This document shows, in pieces, positions 39,501 through 54,500 of a stretch of DNA of 64,000 nucleotides. Each line of letters opens with the position of its first letter. Position 1 is the stretch's first letter. The position numbers and the translations under genes are program-made. The stretch lies in NCBI GenBank assembly GCA_965285935.1, contig OZ260663.1:55986001-56050000 (forward strand). The letters run 5' to 3'. The DNA comes from Ophelia neglecta (lineage: Eukaryota). Below the pieces are notes generated by a model. It saw only the letters and a list, made by a program, of their open reading frames with translations. It ran no database searches and had not been told where the DNA came from.

Positions 39501-42500
39501 ATTTATCAATTTATCTCGCATTTTGTAGCTGCGGGACGTGACTCTAGAAAACTCCGACCCACGTGACCTGTCCCGGTTGAGGGCCTCCGACAACCAAAGA
39601 GATTTTAAAAATGCACTCGAGTCCAGGCCGCTAAGGTATAACATTTAGTTACCTTTTTTACCTTAAAGATACGTATATCGAACACTGTAAATAAAGTAAG
39701 AACAATTCTTTATATGTATAATTATTAAGTCTGGGGTTAATAGAATTGTTGTAATGAATGTATAGGTTAGAGACTCCCTGACTACTGTTTTGTTTCCAAC
39801 CGTGTTCACTGCCGCCCAAAAAGTTGATTCATTTTTTGCCAGAAAACTTGTCCTCTTTTCTGCCACTTTGGCAAAACTTTGAAAAAAGGGTTATCACTTA
39901 AATTCAGAAAGTCTCCTTCTTCCTCCACATGGCACATCTGTTCACTCAAGACTTTCTCAACTGCAGGGTGTAAGAACCACTCAAATTTTACCTCCTCTGC
40001 GCCAGCGGTCCCTTTGCTACTGGCTTTAGGCTCAGTAGACATGTGTGCTGGGCTCTTACGTTTGTTGCTTTCAGTGTTAGTTGTCATATTTTCCTCCCCA
40101 CACATTAGGCCTCGGGCTTTTTTTCTTTAATAAGTCCTGGCTGTTTACATCCGCCCTGATATTTGATCCACAGGAACTAACCATTTTCTTTTAAATGTGA
40201 GCCTATTATGACGAAAAAACTAGAGGAACAGACTTGGACCAATGATTTGGATCCAGAGTAAACTCCCAGTGTGTATATCCCAGTGTTGTGCGGTGACTTT
40301 CCTTTGTATATGATATTTTCTATTAAATAACGAAACAACTTTATAATGAATTAATATGATTTTGTCCCACTTTCTTTTTCTATGCCATGTGCTCCGATTC
40401 ACAAAATATAAAAATAATAAAAAATACCAGGCATAAATCGACTTTTCGGCAGGCAAGCCTGCCTTCATTGAGACCTTATATGTGTCGGTCTAACTATAGA
40501 TAAGCTGTGGTTTAAATACATATAATATATATAAATAGGCCTATATATGCTTTTCTTATCTAATTTTCTTTTAGAATAATATTTATCTTTATCTTGCTTT
40601 GACCGAGTGGGAGAATGTGTTTTTTTCAATACAGATCCGTAAATTAATTGAATTTATATCGATGTTATAACCGTTGTATATAGGTTTGCCTTTCAAAATG
40701 GCCGTGTTGATGCCATTTGCGCAGCAGACGACGAGCAGCAATGGACTCTTAACATTAAGAGGGGAGTATTGTCTGCCGTCCAGAACTCTATGAGTCATCT
40801 GGAGGTAGACGAAAAAGTGCAGGAAGTAAGTTTATAGGTCTTCCTAAGAATGTTTTAAATTATGATTATCAATATTTCAAACCTACGAGGACTTCCAACT
40901 GTTCATTGTTCAAAAATAGCCGCAAAACAAAATCATTGAGACAAAATATTACTAGTAATCATTTTAACTATGTCTTAACTAGGCCCTATAGCATAATCAG
41001 ACCAATTACATATCAGTGATAAACGCAATATTAGGGTGGTCGTGTTAGTTTATTCATCCTTTGCCTTTGACTACTTTGCACCGACTTCCGGAATTTGTGC
41101 ACATAGTGTATTGGTTACCATTGCAGACCGACGTTGCCGGTGACTGCGAAGCCGAATACAGGGTATCTAACAAGGGATGGAACAGTATTACAATCACCAA
41201 GTCTAAGAATCTCCTGGGCTGTACTGGTCGTACTAACGCCATTACTACCCTACAATCTACACCATACAGTGCCTCATCTGTAAGTGCAATGTGACTAATA
41301 TGATATCCTAGGCCCATGATCAAATATCTGCCGTAATAAACACGTGCATCCGCTTTTCTCTAATTTCAAAGATATTCTGTACCTGGCAACTTCAATTTTA
41401 GTAAATTCTCTTTTGAAAAAAATACCTTTAGTACAATCCGTAAACTGCAAAGATGGTCCTACATGGTCTTTGTAGTTTTAGCAAAGGTACAAATTTCAAC
41501 ATTATGCAATAACATTTTAATTAATTTGCAGGATATTCAGTCTCTTCCGTTGATGAAGAGTGAGCACTCCTGTGAGCAGACAATCTCCAAGTCAGGTCTG
41601 CTGCAGAAGAGCGAGTGTCAGGAAAATCACGTGTTCAGACCATTCTCCAATAAAGGCAGTGGAGCTGCTACCACCGTCCGCCAGATGCTACAATACAGCA
41701 AGGAGTATGGCTACATTCAATCAAGAAATGGTAAGTGTCTTTACGATCACGAGTACTCCTATAAAAGAGATATTTTCGGAAGTGACCTTTTGACCTGTCT
41801 TTTAATTAGAGCAAAAATAACCTCAGCTAGACCTGCCTATGTAGGTTAGGTCAACACTCAATCCCATGCAAAGAATTATACTACAAAAGACTCGATGTTA
41901 AATGTTATTTGATTTGAAGTAAAAATCACTAACAAAGCGATAAAGATAATATCGGGATAGACATTTAAAACCAATTATGCTGCTTTGTTTCGTTTTTTAA
42001 ACATTAAATCTTAATTGTTTCTAGCCCCTGCCGACCGCCGCACGACTCTTACTTACGAACATGAAGGTTCATCCGACACTGCCGATAGGAACGCACAGCG
42101 AGTGATGGAGAAGCTCCAACAGATCTGCTCCATCGAAGACGTGAGGCCAGAGACCCCCCGGCTCTTCAGCGAACTCGTCTACGCCATGAAGGCGCTCAAC
42201 ACATACAGTCTTCAAACCATCCACAACCGCGTGGAGACCAACAGAATGTGCAGCCAGAACCATGACATGGCCAAGTAAGACCGTCATCCATTTACCAAGG
42301 ATTGATTTTTCAAGGGTCGCAGCGTATATATAGATTATTCCGTATAGCTTCAACAGTTTGTATAATAAAACGTTGTGTTTTTCTTGTAGACGATTTTTCC
42401 ATGACGCCCTTCCTGCCATGAGTACGACAGCGTCTGTCAGCCTGATGCAGAAGCTGATTGTATCCAAGGAGATCACTGGTACCGAGGCCGATATGTGGCT

Positions 42501-45500
42501 CACCTCCCTGGCCTTCATCGCACAGCCTACTCAGCAGATGCTTGTCGAGATCAAGGTAGGTCATCCACGCCATACATCCATTGGACTTTATTTACAATGA
42601 ATCCGTACTACTTTGGGATTGAATCTACTGAGCTTGCATAAGCAAATGCATAGGCCAGGTTGAATGTTAAGTACAGCCACATAATGTAGGAATCTGAACC
42701 CGACTTTATTTGTTTTAGCCACTGTTAAATCTGCCCAAGGCCTTACTCTCGGTGTCCAGCATGGTCCACAGTTTCTGCAAGAACTTCGGCGACTGCGAAA
42801 CTAACATCGACGTTCGTGACATAGTCCGCACGCTCACCGAGGAGCTCGGTTACAACTGCCAGGGTGACAGACAAACGGTGACTACTTTCATCGCCATAGA
42901 GAATCAAATTTCAAATAATTAATCCAGAATTCACTGGAACGGATAAGAGCTAGTACCATTAACATACACATCGCAAACAAAAAGAAAATGCTTAGAAATA
43001 AACACAAATTAAACTCAATTATTGTTTAGGAGCATTGCACAATTAAATTGAGTTATTTATATCAAGAATGTTTTGTTTTCAATTTTGAACCTTTTCCTCG
43101 CAGATGTTGCTGACACTTAAAGCTCTCGGCAACATTGGAGTATCTGCCGGAGCTGTTGATACTATCACTCGCTGCACCAACCAGGCCAGCCCCGTCGACG
43201 TGCGTCTGGCAGCCATCAACTCCTTCCGACGCCTCGACTGCGCCCAAAACGTGAGTAGAATACTTTACGTACAACGGAATTTAATGTGTGCGCTATAGGC
43301 CGGCAGAGTCTGTAGTTGAGCTTTGTGTATGATTTCACTTTGGGCTACAGCTATAAGTTCCATATAAACATTCTACCTATTGTTGTTTCCTACAGCGCAT
43401 GGAACTAAGAAACATCTTCGTGAACATGGAGGAGGATTCAGAGGTTAGGATCGCCGCTTACCTCTCCCTGATGCAGTGCCCATCTGAGGAATTGGTCGCT
43501 CTGATCAAAGACAAGCTGGACAGCGAGGAAGTTAACCAGGTCGGATCCTTCGTCTGGACTCACCTGACCAATCTCCAGGAATCTGCCGGAAACTTCAAGA
43601 AGGAGGTCAGGAAGATCCTGGAAGATGAGACCCTCAAGAAGACATTCAACACGGATGCCAGAAAGTATTCTCGAAACTACGAGGGATCTTTCTTCTTTGA
43701 CAGCCTGAACACTGGCGCTATGGTTGAGAGCAACCTGGTCTGGTCCCCGAAAAGCTTTGTTCCACGATCTGCTAATCTTAATCTAACCATTGACCTATTC
43801 GGTCAAAGCATGAACCTATTTGAGTGGGGCGGTCGGGTGGAGGGTCTAGAGAGCTATCTAGAGGCCTTTTTCGGCCCCAACGGATACTTCCCAGACAATG
43901 CGGTCTCTGACGCCCTGAAGAAGCAGAAGAAAGCCGCAAACAACCGCCTATCATCCATCAACGACAAGTACAACGCCAACATGGACGAGCTCAGGGGTTC
44001 AGCTTACATGAGAATCTTCGGAAACGAGCTAGCCTTCTGGGATTACTCTGGATCTGGAAAGCGCGGGGAGAAGGAACAATTCAACTTCCTTGAGTTCTTG
44101 ATCAAGCTGGCCCAAGACCACCAGATGGAGTACACCAAGAGCTTCATGTTCCTCGACTCCGAGGTTCACATCCCCACCGTGATCGGTATGCCCCTGAAGT
44201 TGTCTGTCAATGGCACAGCCACCATCGACCTGAAGGTTGGCGGCAAAATGGACATCCGCAAGGCAGGCGCCAGCCCCAGCTCCTTCGACATCAACGGCTA
44301 CGTCAAACCAAGGTCAATTAACATCCAACTTCTCATTTATATTTGAACAAAATGCCCCTTTTTTGAGCAGCTTAGAATCAAAATATCTTTAAAACCACAT
44401 GAATCCGCATTTACGAGGATATAAATGCCCATAGCCAAGGCAAATAGAACAATTTTTCACCAAATTCCCTTTTTTGTATCCAACTAAATAAAGTTCAAAG
44501 TAATATTTTAATTTGCTGCTGATTAACGTAACTTGACGAGAATGTTTTGTTGTGTTAACAGCGGTGCAGTAGAGATCTCCGGAGTGATGACAATGGACGC
44601 CACCGTGGCCCGTAGTGGTCTCAAGATGGTCACCACACTTCACTCGAGCACCGAGATGGATGGTCAGCTCCAGCTGAAGGACAGCAAGGCCTTTAACATA
44701 AAATTCAACATGCCCAAAGAAAAGATGGAAATCTTAAATGTCCAGTAAGTTTATTCGATACATTCCTGACTCAGTAGTCTCTTATTTCCAATCTATAGAT
44801 TCATAGCCAAGTGAAGATAAATGAAAACATATATATATATGTGCAAAAGAATAATTGACTACCCAAGGGATAACACTAAGCAAATACATGGGTATATTCT
44901 GTCCCTGCTAAAATTACTATTCCATGTAAAGTGTTATCCCTTTAAATAAAGCTCAGTGGCGGTTTTGTTATTTACAACATCTTTGGGCCAATAGTTGTGA
45001 TTAAATGGAGGTGTGTCGGGACAAGAGGTATATGGTGATGTTATTTCGCCGCAGGACTCAATTTTTCATCATGGACCGTGACCAAGAGCGTGAACAGAGC
45101 ATGCCAAACACTCCCCGTGTCCAGAAGAACATGTGTACATGTAACGGCCTGACCACCCTGCTAGGTGTCCAGCTGTGCGGGGACGTATCCTACCCAGGCC
45201 GCGGCAGCCAGGAGGAAACTCCCTACTTCCCCTTCAATGGCCCCCTCAACGCCTCCCTCGCCCTCTACCGCCGCGACACCCACCAGTCTTATGAGTTTGA
45301 GGCTCGTGTTGAGGCTAAGAAGGTAACGTTCTATTCCACAGCATGATAGCAGTTGAAGAACAAAATCTCTGAAGCTAAATATAAAAAAAACTAAAACGAA
45401 TTACAGCTATTTTGAGGCAGGGGGTGTTTTACCCCCATGCATAATGGGCAATCCATAATAAGCATTTTGGACGAGTTATAATTAGACTAAAGATGAATAA

Positions 45501-48500
45501 GCGGTTTCTTTCTTGCAGGAGCGCCTTAATGGAGTTGTCGGCTACACCAACATTGCGAGGTTGGCCTTCAACACCCCCGGCTCCCAAGTAGACCGCGAAC
45601 TTCTTCTCGACTTCAACCTCAACAAATTGGCAAAAACACTGAATGCTGAAGTACGATCTCCATGGAAGCGAGCTTCTGCTACTGGTAATCTATTAGGCCA
45701 TAGTCCCATGGCGTCTTTAAGTTGATTGTTGTACTGTTTGTTGATTTTTCCGAAGCAGTTTTAGCAACAAGGCTAGTTAATGGGTCATATTTATGAATTA
45801 CATTTACTCAATAAAATGGCCATTGATTTAATCAGTAATTCCGGTGATTATACAGAAAGCATCACAGATTATAAAATGAATAGACAGTGAAGGCTATTTC
45901 TGTTTATACGAAGGCACTTTCGAGAAATGTTTTCAAAACACTTCATTATTATTAATTTGAGCTGTTTTATTCTCATCAAGGTGCCTTGGTGACCGATGCC
46001 GACGCCAAGCGTCTGACCTTCACCGCCGATATGGACGGAGAACAAATGATCTCTGTGACCGGTGACCTACAACAGGAGACTGTAGCTAATGGACGCCGCT
46101 ACATGCCAACCGCCGAGGTTCGTTTACCAGGCCGCAAGCCAATCAACGCCCGTGCTAGCCTGAGCTTCCAGCCCGGCAAGGAGTACGACGCCGATTTCTC
46201 TTTGGATAATGTCTTTGACACGACAGTGGCCGTGAAGGGTAAGCTCGTTTACCACCCGCTTGTGTGTGTGTGGGGGGGGGAAGGGTGTATCATTTGTTTT
46301 ATTTGTAAACAAATATGAAATATGTAAAATATCAACAAATTGATTTCAGTCGTGTCTGATTAGTTCTAACAGTTTATAGACCTATAGTCAAGGGTTTGTA
46401 CAAAGAGAAGCTTGAATTTCAATATTGTATCACTGATCAGCATCCAACATGTGTTTGTGCTCATTTCCTTTATTTACCCATTTTTGTGCTCAGGCAAAGT
46501 TGAACAGAAGGGAAGTAAAGATGAGGTCCGTTTCGACACAGAGTTTGAAGTGCAGACACCTGTTTTCAACACCAAAATGAAAGGCTTCGTCGAGAACAAG
46601 AAAACATTAGCCCGGTCCCGCCTGGAATTTGGCTATGACTTCGCCTCAAAGACAACTCACAGTTTTGTACTCAACGGAAAGTTCAGAGACCAGTCGAAGA
46701 AGAATAATCTGCAGTACAGCTCTGTCTTGTACGTTCAGTACTTGAAATACTAATGGCCTACAATTTGCCATCCAATCAACTTAACATTGCCTTTTCCACA
46801 TTTCAGAATCTATAGCTCAATTATCAAATGTTTAACAGTGTATTTTTCCCATTGTGCAGCGCTGTACAGAGTTCCCAATTTCCCGACTACCAATTTGACA
46901 TCGATGCCAATATGAAGAAGACCAACAGACACTTCGAAAACAAAATAGAGATCCAGTATGGCGCGGACAGCAAAGATTACTCCAAACGTATCGCATTCTC
47001 ACAGGAAGCCAATCTGGTGCAAGGCGATGAGCTGCAAGCCGACCATTCAATGAGTCTCAAAATCAAACCGCTGGTAAGACTTCGTTATTAACACCAAGGC
47101 CTTTGAAAACCGGACTTCTCATATCTGTCTTTTTAGAAATATTTCTTTATAATAGGCAACAATATTTCCATTTTGCTTTGAGTTGATACAACACCAATAA
47201 AAAAGCTATAGTATTAATAATGTGTTCTTCCAGAGCATCATCATGACCAGCCGCATTGAACATTCACACAGTATGAATGAACTTAAGACCAAGGGCATGT
47301 TTAGTTATACACCTGGTAAGGAGATCTCAGTGGATCTTGGCCTAAAGCGGGACACAAATGACCTGATGAAAATGAACGGGAACCTTCTTGTGACCATCCC
47401 CAACCGCGAGATTAAGCTGATGACCAATTTGGAGGAGACCCAGGTGGACACTTTCAATCACGAGATGACCGCTCAATGGCGTAGCGATGCCCAGTTCCGC
47501 ACCATGACCACCTACAGCCGTGTACTATCGCAAGGGCGTCACGAATTCCGCTCCGAGATATTTCCACCAACAAACGAAGCTATAACCGTCACTGGCCTGA
47601 CGGTTCTTGATGTCAAGGACTTCCAAGCAAAGTTCCAGGCTGACCTCAATGAAAAATCATACGGAGCAGGCATTAACTATAATTTTGACCTAAAAAAAGA
47701 TGTATCAATCGGTGTAAATCTGGATGCTTACTGCCCAGCCAGGCACATAAGCTTTGACGCCAAAATAGATGGTTCTAAGAATGTATATCGCCTTAAGTCC
47801 AACACCCAGTGGGATGCTGACCGGGATTCTACAAAGCAAGTTACAGTCGTCGGTACCATGGACAACCTGGAGAGTGCCAACCTGAAGGTTAACTACCCAG
47901 GCCGTAAGATTACCCTTAACCTGAAGCAGAAGATGGATCAAAGCAAATTCAACGCACACGGGGACCTGTCCTGGGATGTTGGCAGTAGTATCACATTCGA
48001 CGCTGACTACAATTACAAGTTTGGTTACAACAGCAAGGCTCTTCAGGGATCCATCGCTTTGGATACACCATTCAAGTTTGCTAGGGAGCTTAAACTGGCC
48101 ATTGACCACAATAACGACCTTACTGACTCCTCTTCCAAGCTAGATATTACCTACGCTCCGAGCAAGACAATCACCACTCTTATTGTTGGCAAGCGGGTTA
48201 ACGGTTGGAGACAGATGGAAAATAAACTGACACTGACTACCCCTTTCGTCGCCCTCAGTACATTCAGCTTGGCCACGACTCACGAGATTGCTGACACAGA
48301 AATGAATGTCAATGTAGCCATTGCACGCAACCAAAACATTGTCAACATCGACCTCCTGGCTAAGAATGAGGCATTCTCAAATATTGAAATGAGAGCCAGT
48401 CTGAAGTCTAACCTACCTAGAATGACAAGTGCTAGCCTACATATGACCCACGTAGCCCGGAATCAGCAGATGCAGTCCCGGCTGAGCGGAGATTGGGAAG

Positions 48501-51500
48501 GCGAGGTTGTTACATTGACTGTCAACGGAAAGAATCAGGGCTATTCTGGTAAACGGGACCTAGAAGGCAAGATTATTTTCACATCTCCATTCAGTTCTAT
48601 GAGAGAGATCTCCATTGGCGGATCCCACAATGATGATGGCCGCACTTTTGAAACTGCAATGGAAACTACCTGGGCACCCAACAAGAAAGTGTCTGTAACT
48701 CTTAATATGGCAAACAGCGATAAGGGCGATTGGAGAATCCAAAACTCTGGAAGCCTGACTGTCCACACTCCCTTCGCAAGCGCGGAGAGGATCAACGCTC
48801 AATGGAACCAGAACTTCGATCACGGTCGAATAGTTTCAAGCAATATTCTTCAGTGGAACAGAGAGAAGCTGTCTCTGTCCATCGACAACACTTACACAAT
48901 CTCCACCACGCGCGATATTGTCAGTAACATTGCCTTTGAGAGCACTTTCAGCAATCCTCGTGATGCCAGCTTAAATATCCGCTACAACATCGGATCCTCT
49001 TCCTTAAAAGGCACCATCGGTGTAAACCACAACGGTGCCAATGACATTACCCTTAATGTCGATCTGTCACACCAGCAGTTTAGAAATTTTGCCGGAAAAG
49101 TTACCACCAGCAGCAGTTACTTCACAACCGTCACAACCGATGTTGATGTTCAGACGTTGACAATGCCATACACCAGCCACTTCGAGATGACATACGATAG
49201 CAAGAAGATTAGCTTGGACACACAGACTACTTATAACGGTTTTGAGCTCATCAAAGGTGAAATCCGTCTGGTCTCTCCATTCAGACAATTTGAGCGTGTC
49301 GTTGTCAACGTGGACCACATCAGGCAAGGTCAAGTGTGGAATAGCAAAGCGAGCGTTGCATATTTATCCAAAACATTTGCTGTTGAAACGGCATTCGAGA
49401 CGGAAGGTGAAAGATTGACGAAAGCTAATGTAAATCTCTTTACGCCATTCGAGCAACTGAAGTCGTTCAGGTGGAACATAAATCACTCGAGCAACGAATT
49501 ACAAGGTAACAGCGTTATTAACTACAATGACCTGCACACCCTCGAGTCCAGCTACATGTACCGTGGAGCCCTCGCTTCTGAAGTCCGCGTTTATTACAAT
49601 GGCATTATGGGATTCAACGCCCGGCATACGTATGATGGCGCCACCTTCGACCTGACATCGGAAATTCAGCTGAGTAGAGACGATAAGATTGCTTTGAGCA
49701 GCAAGCTGAGTCAAGAGGCCCTGACTCTTAATCTTCAGACCCCGTATGCTGCCCTGCAGAGCGCTGACCTTTCTGTCAACCATGACGGTGATATCCGAAG
49801 ATTCTCCAATTCCGTATTTGCCTCTGTAAAAACCATCCCCGGTAAGATTAAAATCGTCAGCAAATTGAGAGCTTCCGGCCTGAACTACATAGATGGACAG
49901 ATGGACTTCACTAGTCCATTTGAGTCTTTCGAATCGATTTCCATGAGTGTTTCTCACAAAAACAGAAGAAGTCAGGTCACCACTTCTGCGTCAGTAGACT
50001 ACCCATACCAAAAGAAAATTGAGATGAATGGCCAATACGACAAGACCACGTATGAAGGAAGCGTATCTCTGAAGACACCATACTATGACGACATTATTTT
50101 GTCCGGTGGATTTTTCAATGGAAACGCCAAGGCTAGTCTACAATATGCTGCTGATAAAACCATTGACATAAGGGCTAGCATGCAGGCCGACGATAAGGTT
50201 GCTTATGATTTCATGGTCACAAGTCCAAGCCAATGGCTGAAGTCCTTGTCTGCAAGATTTGAACACGCCGGGCCAATCAACGACTTTGCTACCAGGGCCG
50301 TGCTTAACTACGACAGATTTGGTGGTGCCATTGATAGCAACGTTGCCTTCAAGATCCAAGAGGCAGATATTGAAACTAGCGCCTCGATAAAAACACCTTT
50401 CCAGAGCTTCCGAGATGCTAGCTTACGTTTATCCAACAAGGCCGTCGGCTGGAAGAAGTACGAATCAGCCATTAGTAGTTCCTTCCAGAGCAGTAATGTT
50501 TTTGATATGAAATCCACTGTGAAAATAGGCTCTCTGGAAAGTTTCAATGGCGATGTTTCTCTCAGCACGATGTTCCAAGAAGTTAGGTCAGCTGCTTTGA
50601 CCTTCGGCCACACTGGATCTTTCTCCCGATTTGCCAACAATGCCAAGTTCACGTTAAACAGAGACCAGTACAGCTACGAAGGCAACTTTGTCGCTGACAG
50701 CACCATATCCGGTAATTTCAAAGCTAATGATCTGGCACTCACATTCAACCATAACGGAGACCCAAGGAACATGCGTTCAGCCGCCAAAGCAACCTACGGC
50801 AGGGGTAAAACCATTTCAACTTCTGCCACATTCCGTTTTGATGGTGATCTAGACGCCAAGGTTGAATTTACGGCACCGTTTTCAAGAGATGTTGTAGCCA
50901 CCATTTCGCACACCGGTCCTATCGACAGCTTCAGGCACGTGACTCAAGTCAGCTATGGTGGCGAGCGCACTATCATTACTGGTATTTTTCAACTCAAGCC
51001 AACCATCGTTGGTCAGTTTAAGCTAGAGTCTCCCTTCGCTGAAGACGTTGAAGCGTCCTACACTCACTCTGGTTACGCTAAGGCTTTTCAGACTACCGGC
51101 TTTGTGCGTCTAGGAGACAAAACAGTCGAGGCCACCGCTGATGTCGACGTCCGCTCTGGTATCACCACTAAGCTAACCTTCAATAGCCCATTCCCTCGTT
51201 TTGAGACCATCACTTTTGATATGTCCCACGCAGGCAGTATGGCCCCATTTACTTTTGCCACCAAAGCGGGTCTGACCTATGCTCCATCCAAGACTGTGTC
51301 TGCCTCTGCAAATGCCAAGGTCGTCTCCGGCGCTGTCGATGCTCATTTCAAAATCAGTTCTCCTTGCCCCGTAGTAAGGGACAGCGAAATAAACCTCGTA
51401 TACAACAACCAGGGAACACCCTTAGACTTTCAGGTCGACATTGACGCCAGCGTTAACTCTGAAAAGAAGATTGTTGCCCATGCTGATATGCAGACTAGGG

Positions 51501-54500
51501 GACAGATATCTGGAAATCTGAGACTGGAGACCCCAATTCCGGGTGCCGAAAGTACTACTCTTATATTCAGTCACAAGGGAGATGTTTCTGACTTCGAGAC
51601 AAACGTGGTGATGTCCTATGCTCATGGCGAGATGCGTGGTGATGTCACGTTCAACGACAGCCCTGTATCTGCTACACTCGCACTAAGAACACCTTACACC
51701 AGTATGAAGGAAGCCACTCTGACGGCTAGCCACTCTGGTAATGGCTACGGATTCAACACCGAAGCTAGTTTCCGACACAACCTGCTCGGTGCATTCACCT
51801 ACAATGGTCAATTCACAACCAGAAATAACATCAAAGGTGAGTTCACAGTTAATACCCCATTCCAGGGATACGAGAACATGTACTCACGCTTTAGTCACTG
51901 GACCCAGACACCCGGGTTCAGTTCTGCGGCCGAGATGGGCATCGGGGAGAAGGTTGTAAAGGCCAATGCTGAGTTGACCGTGGATTCTAATATACAGGCT
52001 ACTGCCACTCTACAAACCCCTTTCACCCCGGTCAAGGACTTCGTGATCACACTGACCCACGACGGTGGCTTAAGGAACTTCCAGACTACCATGCAAGTCG
52101 ATCTCAACAGGGAAAGACAGGTTGAGGCACAGGGCTCTTTAAATACTGACACTACCATCAATGGCAACTTCAACATTATCTCAAAATTCGGTAGACACAG
52201 AGTTACCTTCAGGCATTCCGGTGATATCAACTCAACGGTAGAGACGAGCGGCATGATTTCTTACCCGGGTGGTGAAATTAACGGAGATCTTAACCTGCAG
52301 ATTCGCCCTGAGTTAGATGGTACCTTCCATCTGAAGAGTACCATCCCTTACCTTCGAGACATGACCATCGTAGCCAAGCACGGCGGATACAGTGGCAGCT
52401 CCTTTACATCTGAACTCACCTTCAGCCACGACATTCTTGGCAGATTGACGTATAGCGGAACCCTGAGGACGAACCCATCTATCAATGGCTTATTTACCAT
52501 TGAAACACCATTTCCAGCAATCAGAAACATGAATTTGAAATTTGGTCACAATAGCGATAGTTCAAAGGTACAGACGAACGCCGAGGCAACCTACAACGGG
52601 ATGACCTATTCGGCCGCAGGAGATCTTAAATTCAATCCCAGCGTAGATGGTTCCCTGCGCATTTACACACCCCACACTATGCTCCGTGACTTCAGCCTTG
52701 TCGTCTCCCACAACGGTGACATGAACGAGTTCAAGAACAATTTTGGACTTACGTACAACCGTCAACAGATCGCTCAAGCAGAGGGCTCTTGGACAAGAAA
52801 CCCTATCCAAGCCAGCATAAGTGTCAGCACCCAAAGTGACTATCTCAGATCTCTGCAGCTAAAGGCTAGCAGCCGAGGTTCCAGTGCCGACAGGCAAACA
52901 TCTGCCAGCGTGAACTATAATGGGCAACAGATCGCCAATGGAGAAATGAGCCTTAAATCCAATCCTGCCGTCCAGGGAACGCTGCAGATTAACACCGTGT
53001 GGTCTAATATCAACGACCTGTTTGTCTCAGTGAACCACAACGGCGATATGTCTGCTTTCAATTGCAACGGCCAGGTCAGATATAATAACGAGCACACTTT
53101 TGAGGGTACCGCTGAATTCTCCCAGGCTCCATTAAAGGGCAAGATTACTCTAAACACACCTTTCCAAACAGTCAGAGACCTGAGCGCAGCTTTCAGTCAT
53201 GATGGTAACTTTGACAGATTCCAAACCCATGCCGAATTCAGTCATGCAAGCAACAAATACGAAGTGGATGGCTCCTTCCAAAGCAGTCCGTTGAAGTTCA
53301 CTTGTGGTATAAAAACACCTTTCGAGGGTGCTCGTAACCTAAATGCAATGTTTAAACATAAAGGCGACATGGAAAAATTCTCCACACACGCTGAGACCAG
53401 CCTTGACGGGTACCAGTGGCAGGTTGATACCACATTCCAGCGCCTTCCATTAGAGGTTAACGTTGACGTGAGAACGCCATTAGGTGGCTACCGCAAGATG
53501 AACGCTGCTATCACACAGACCGGAAACACTGCCCACGCTGAGCTGAGCTGTGGAAGAAACAAAATCGAGGCCGACGGTTTCCTCCAATTGCAGCCCCTGA
53601 ACGCCAACATTGTTCTCAAGACTCCCTTCCGAGGCGCCAAGAAGCTGAATGCTGCTGTCAAGCATAATGGTGATCTTAGTGCATTTCAGTCTCATGCCGA
53701 GGCCGGGTGGGAAACTGGTCGAGTAAGCGTAGATGCTGCCTTCAGCAAATATCCACTGCAGGGAAGCTTCAATATCCAGCTGCCAATCCGCGGTGCTAAC
53801 AAGATCAATCTGGCCTTCAACCGCGAAGGAAAGAACGGCCATATTGAAGGAAGCTGCGACTACGCCAAAATAGAGGTTGATGGATCTTTCCAGCCCGAGC
53901 CCTTAGAAGCTAACATCCACGTACAGACTCCCTGGGAGGGCGCCCACAACCTGAAAGCAGCTCTTAGACACAATGGAAACCAGGCCCATGCCGAGGCTAG
54001 CTATGATAATGGTAAATTTGAAGCTGATGGTAGTTTAGAAATTAGTCCCTTCAGAGCCGAATTGAATGTAAAGACCCCATTCCAAGGATTTACTAACATG
54101 TTTGCTACACTGAAGCATGATGGCGACAGGAATGCTTTGCAGACTAATGCCGAGGCAAGTTATGACAATGGCAAATTCGAGGCTGCCGGAACTTTCCAGC
54201 GTCGCCCACTTAATGTTCAACTGAACGTCAAAACCCCATTCGATGGTGCCCGAAATGTCAACGCCGCTTTCAACCACCGTGCCTACAGAGGGACATTTAA
54301 TTCCCACTACGAGACTAGCTTTGACTACGGCAAGTATGAGGCAGACACTTCTCTTACCATTGACCCATTGACGTATGAACTGAGTATCAAGACTCCCCAT
54401 GCTGGTTACACCAACATAAACGCCATATTGACCCATACCGGGGATTTGGAAGCCTTCGAGACTCATGGCGAAGCTACTTACGATTACGGCAAAATTGAAG

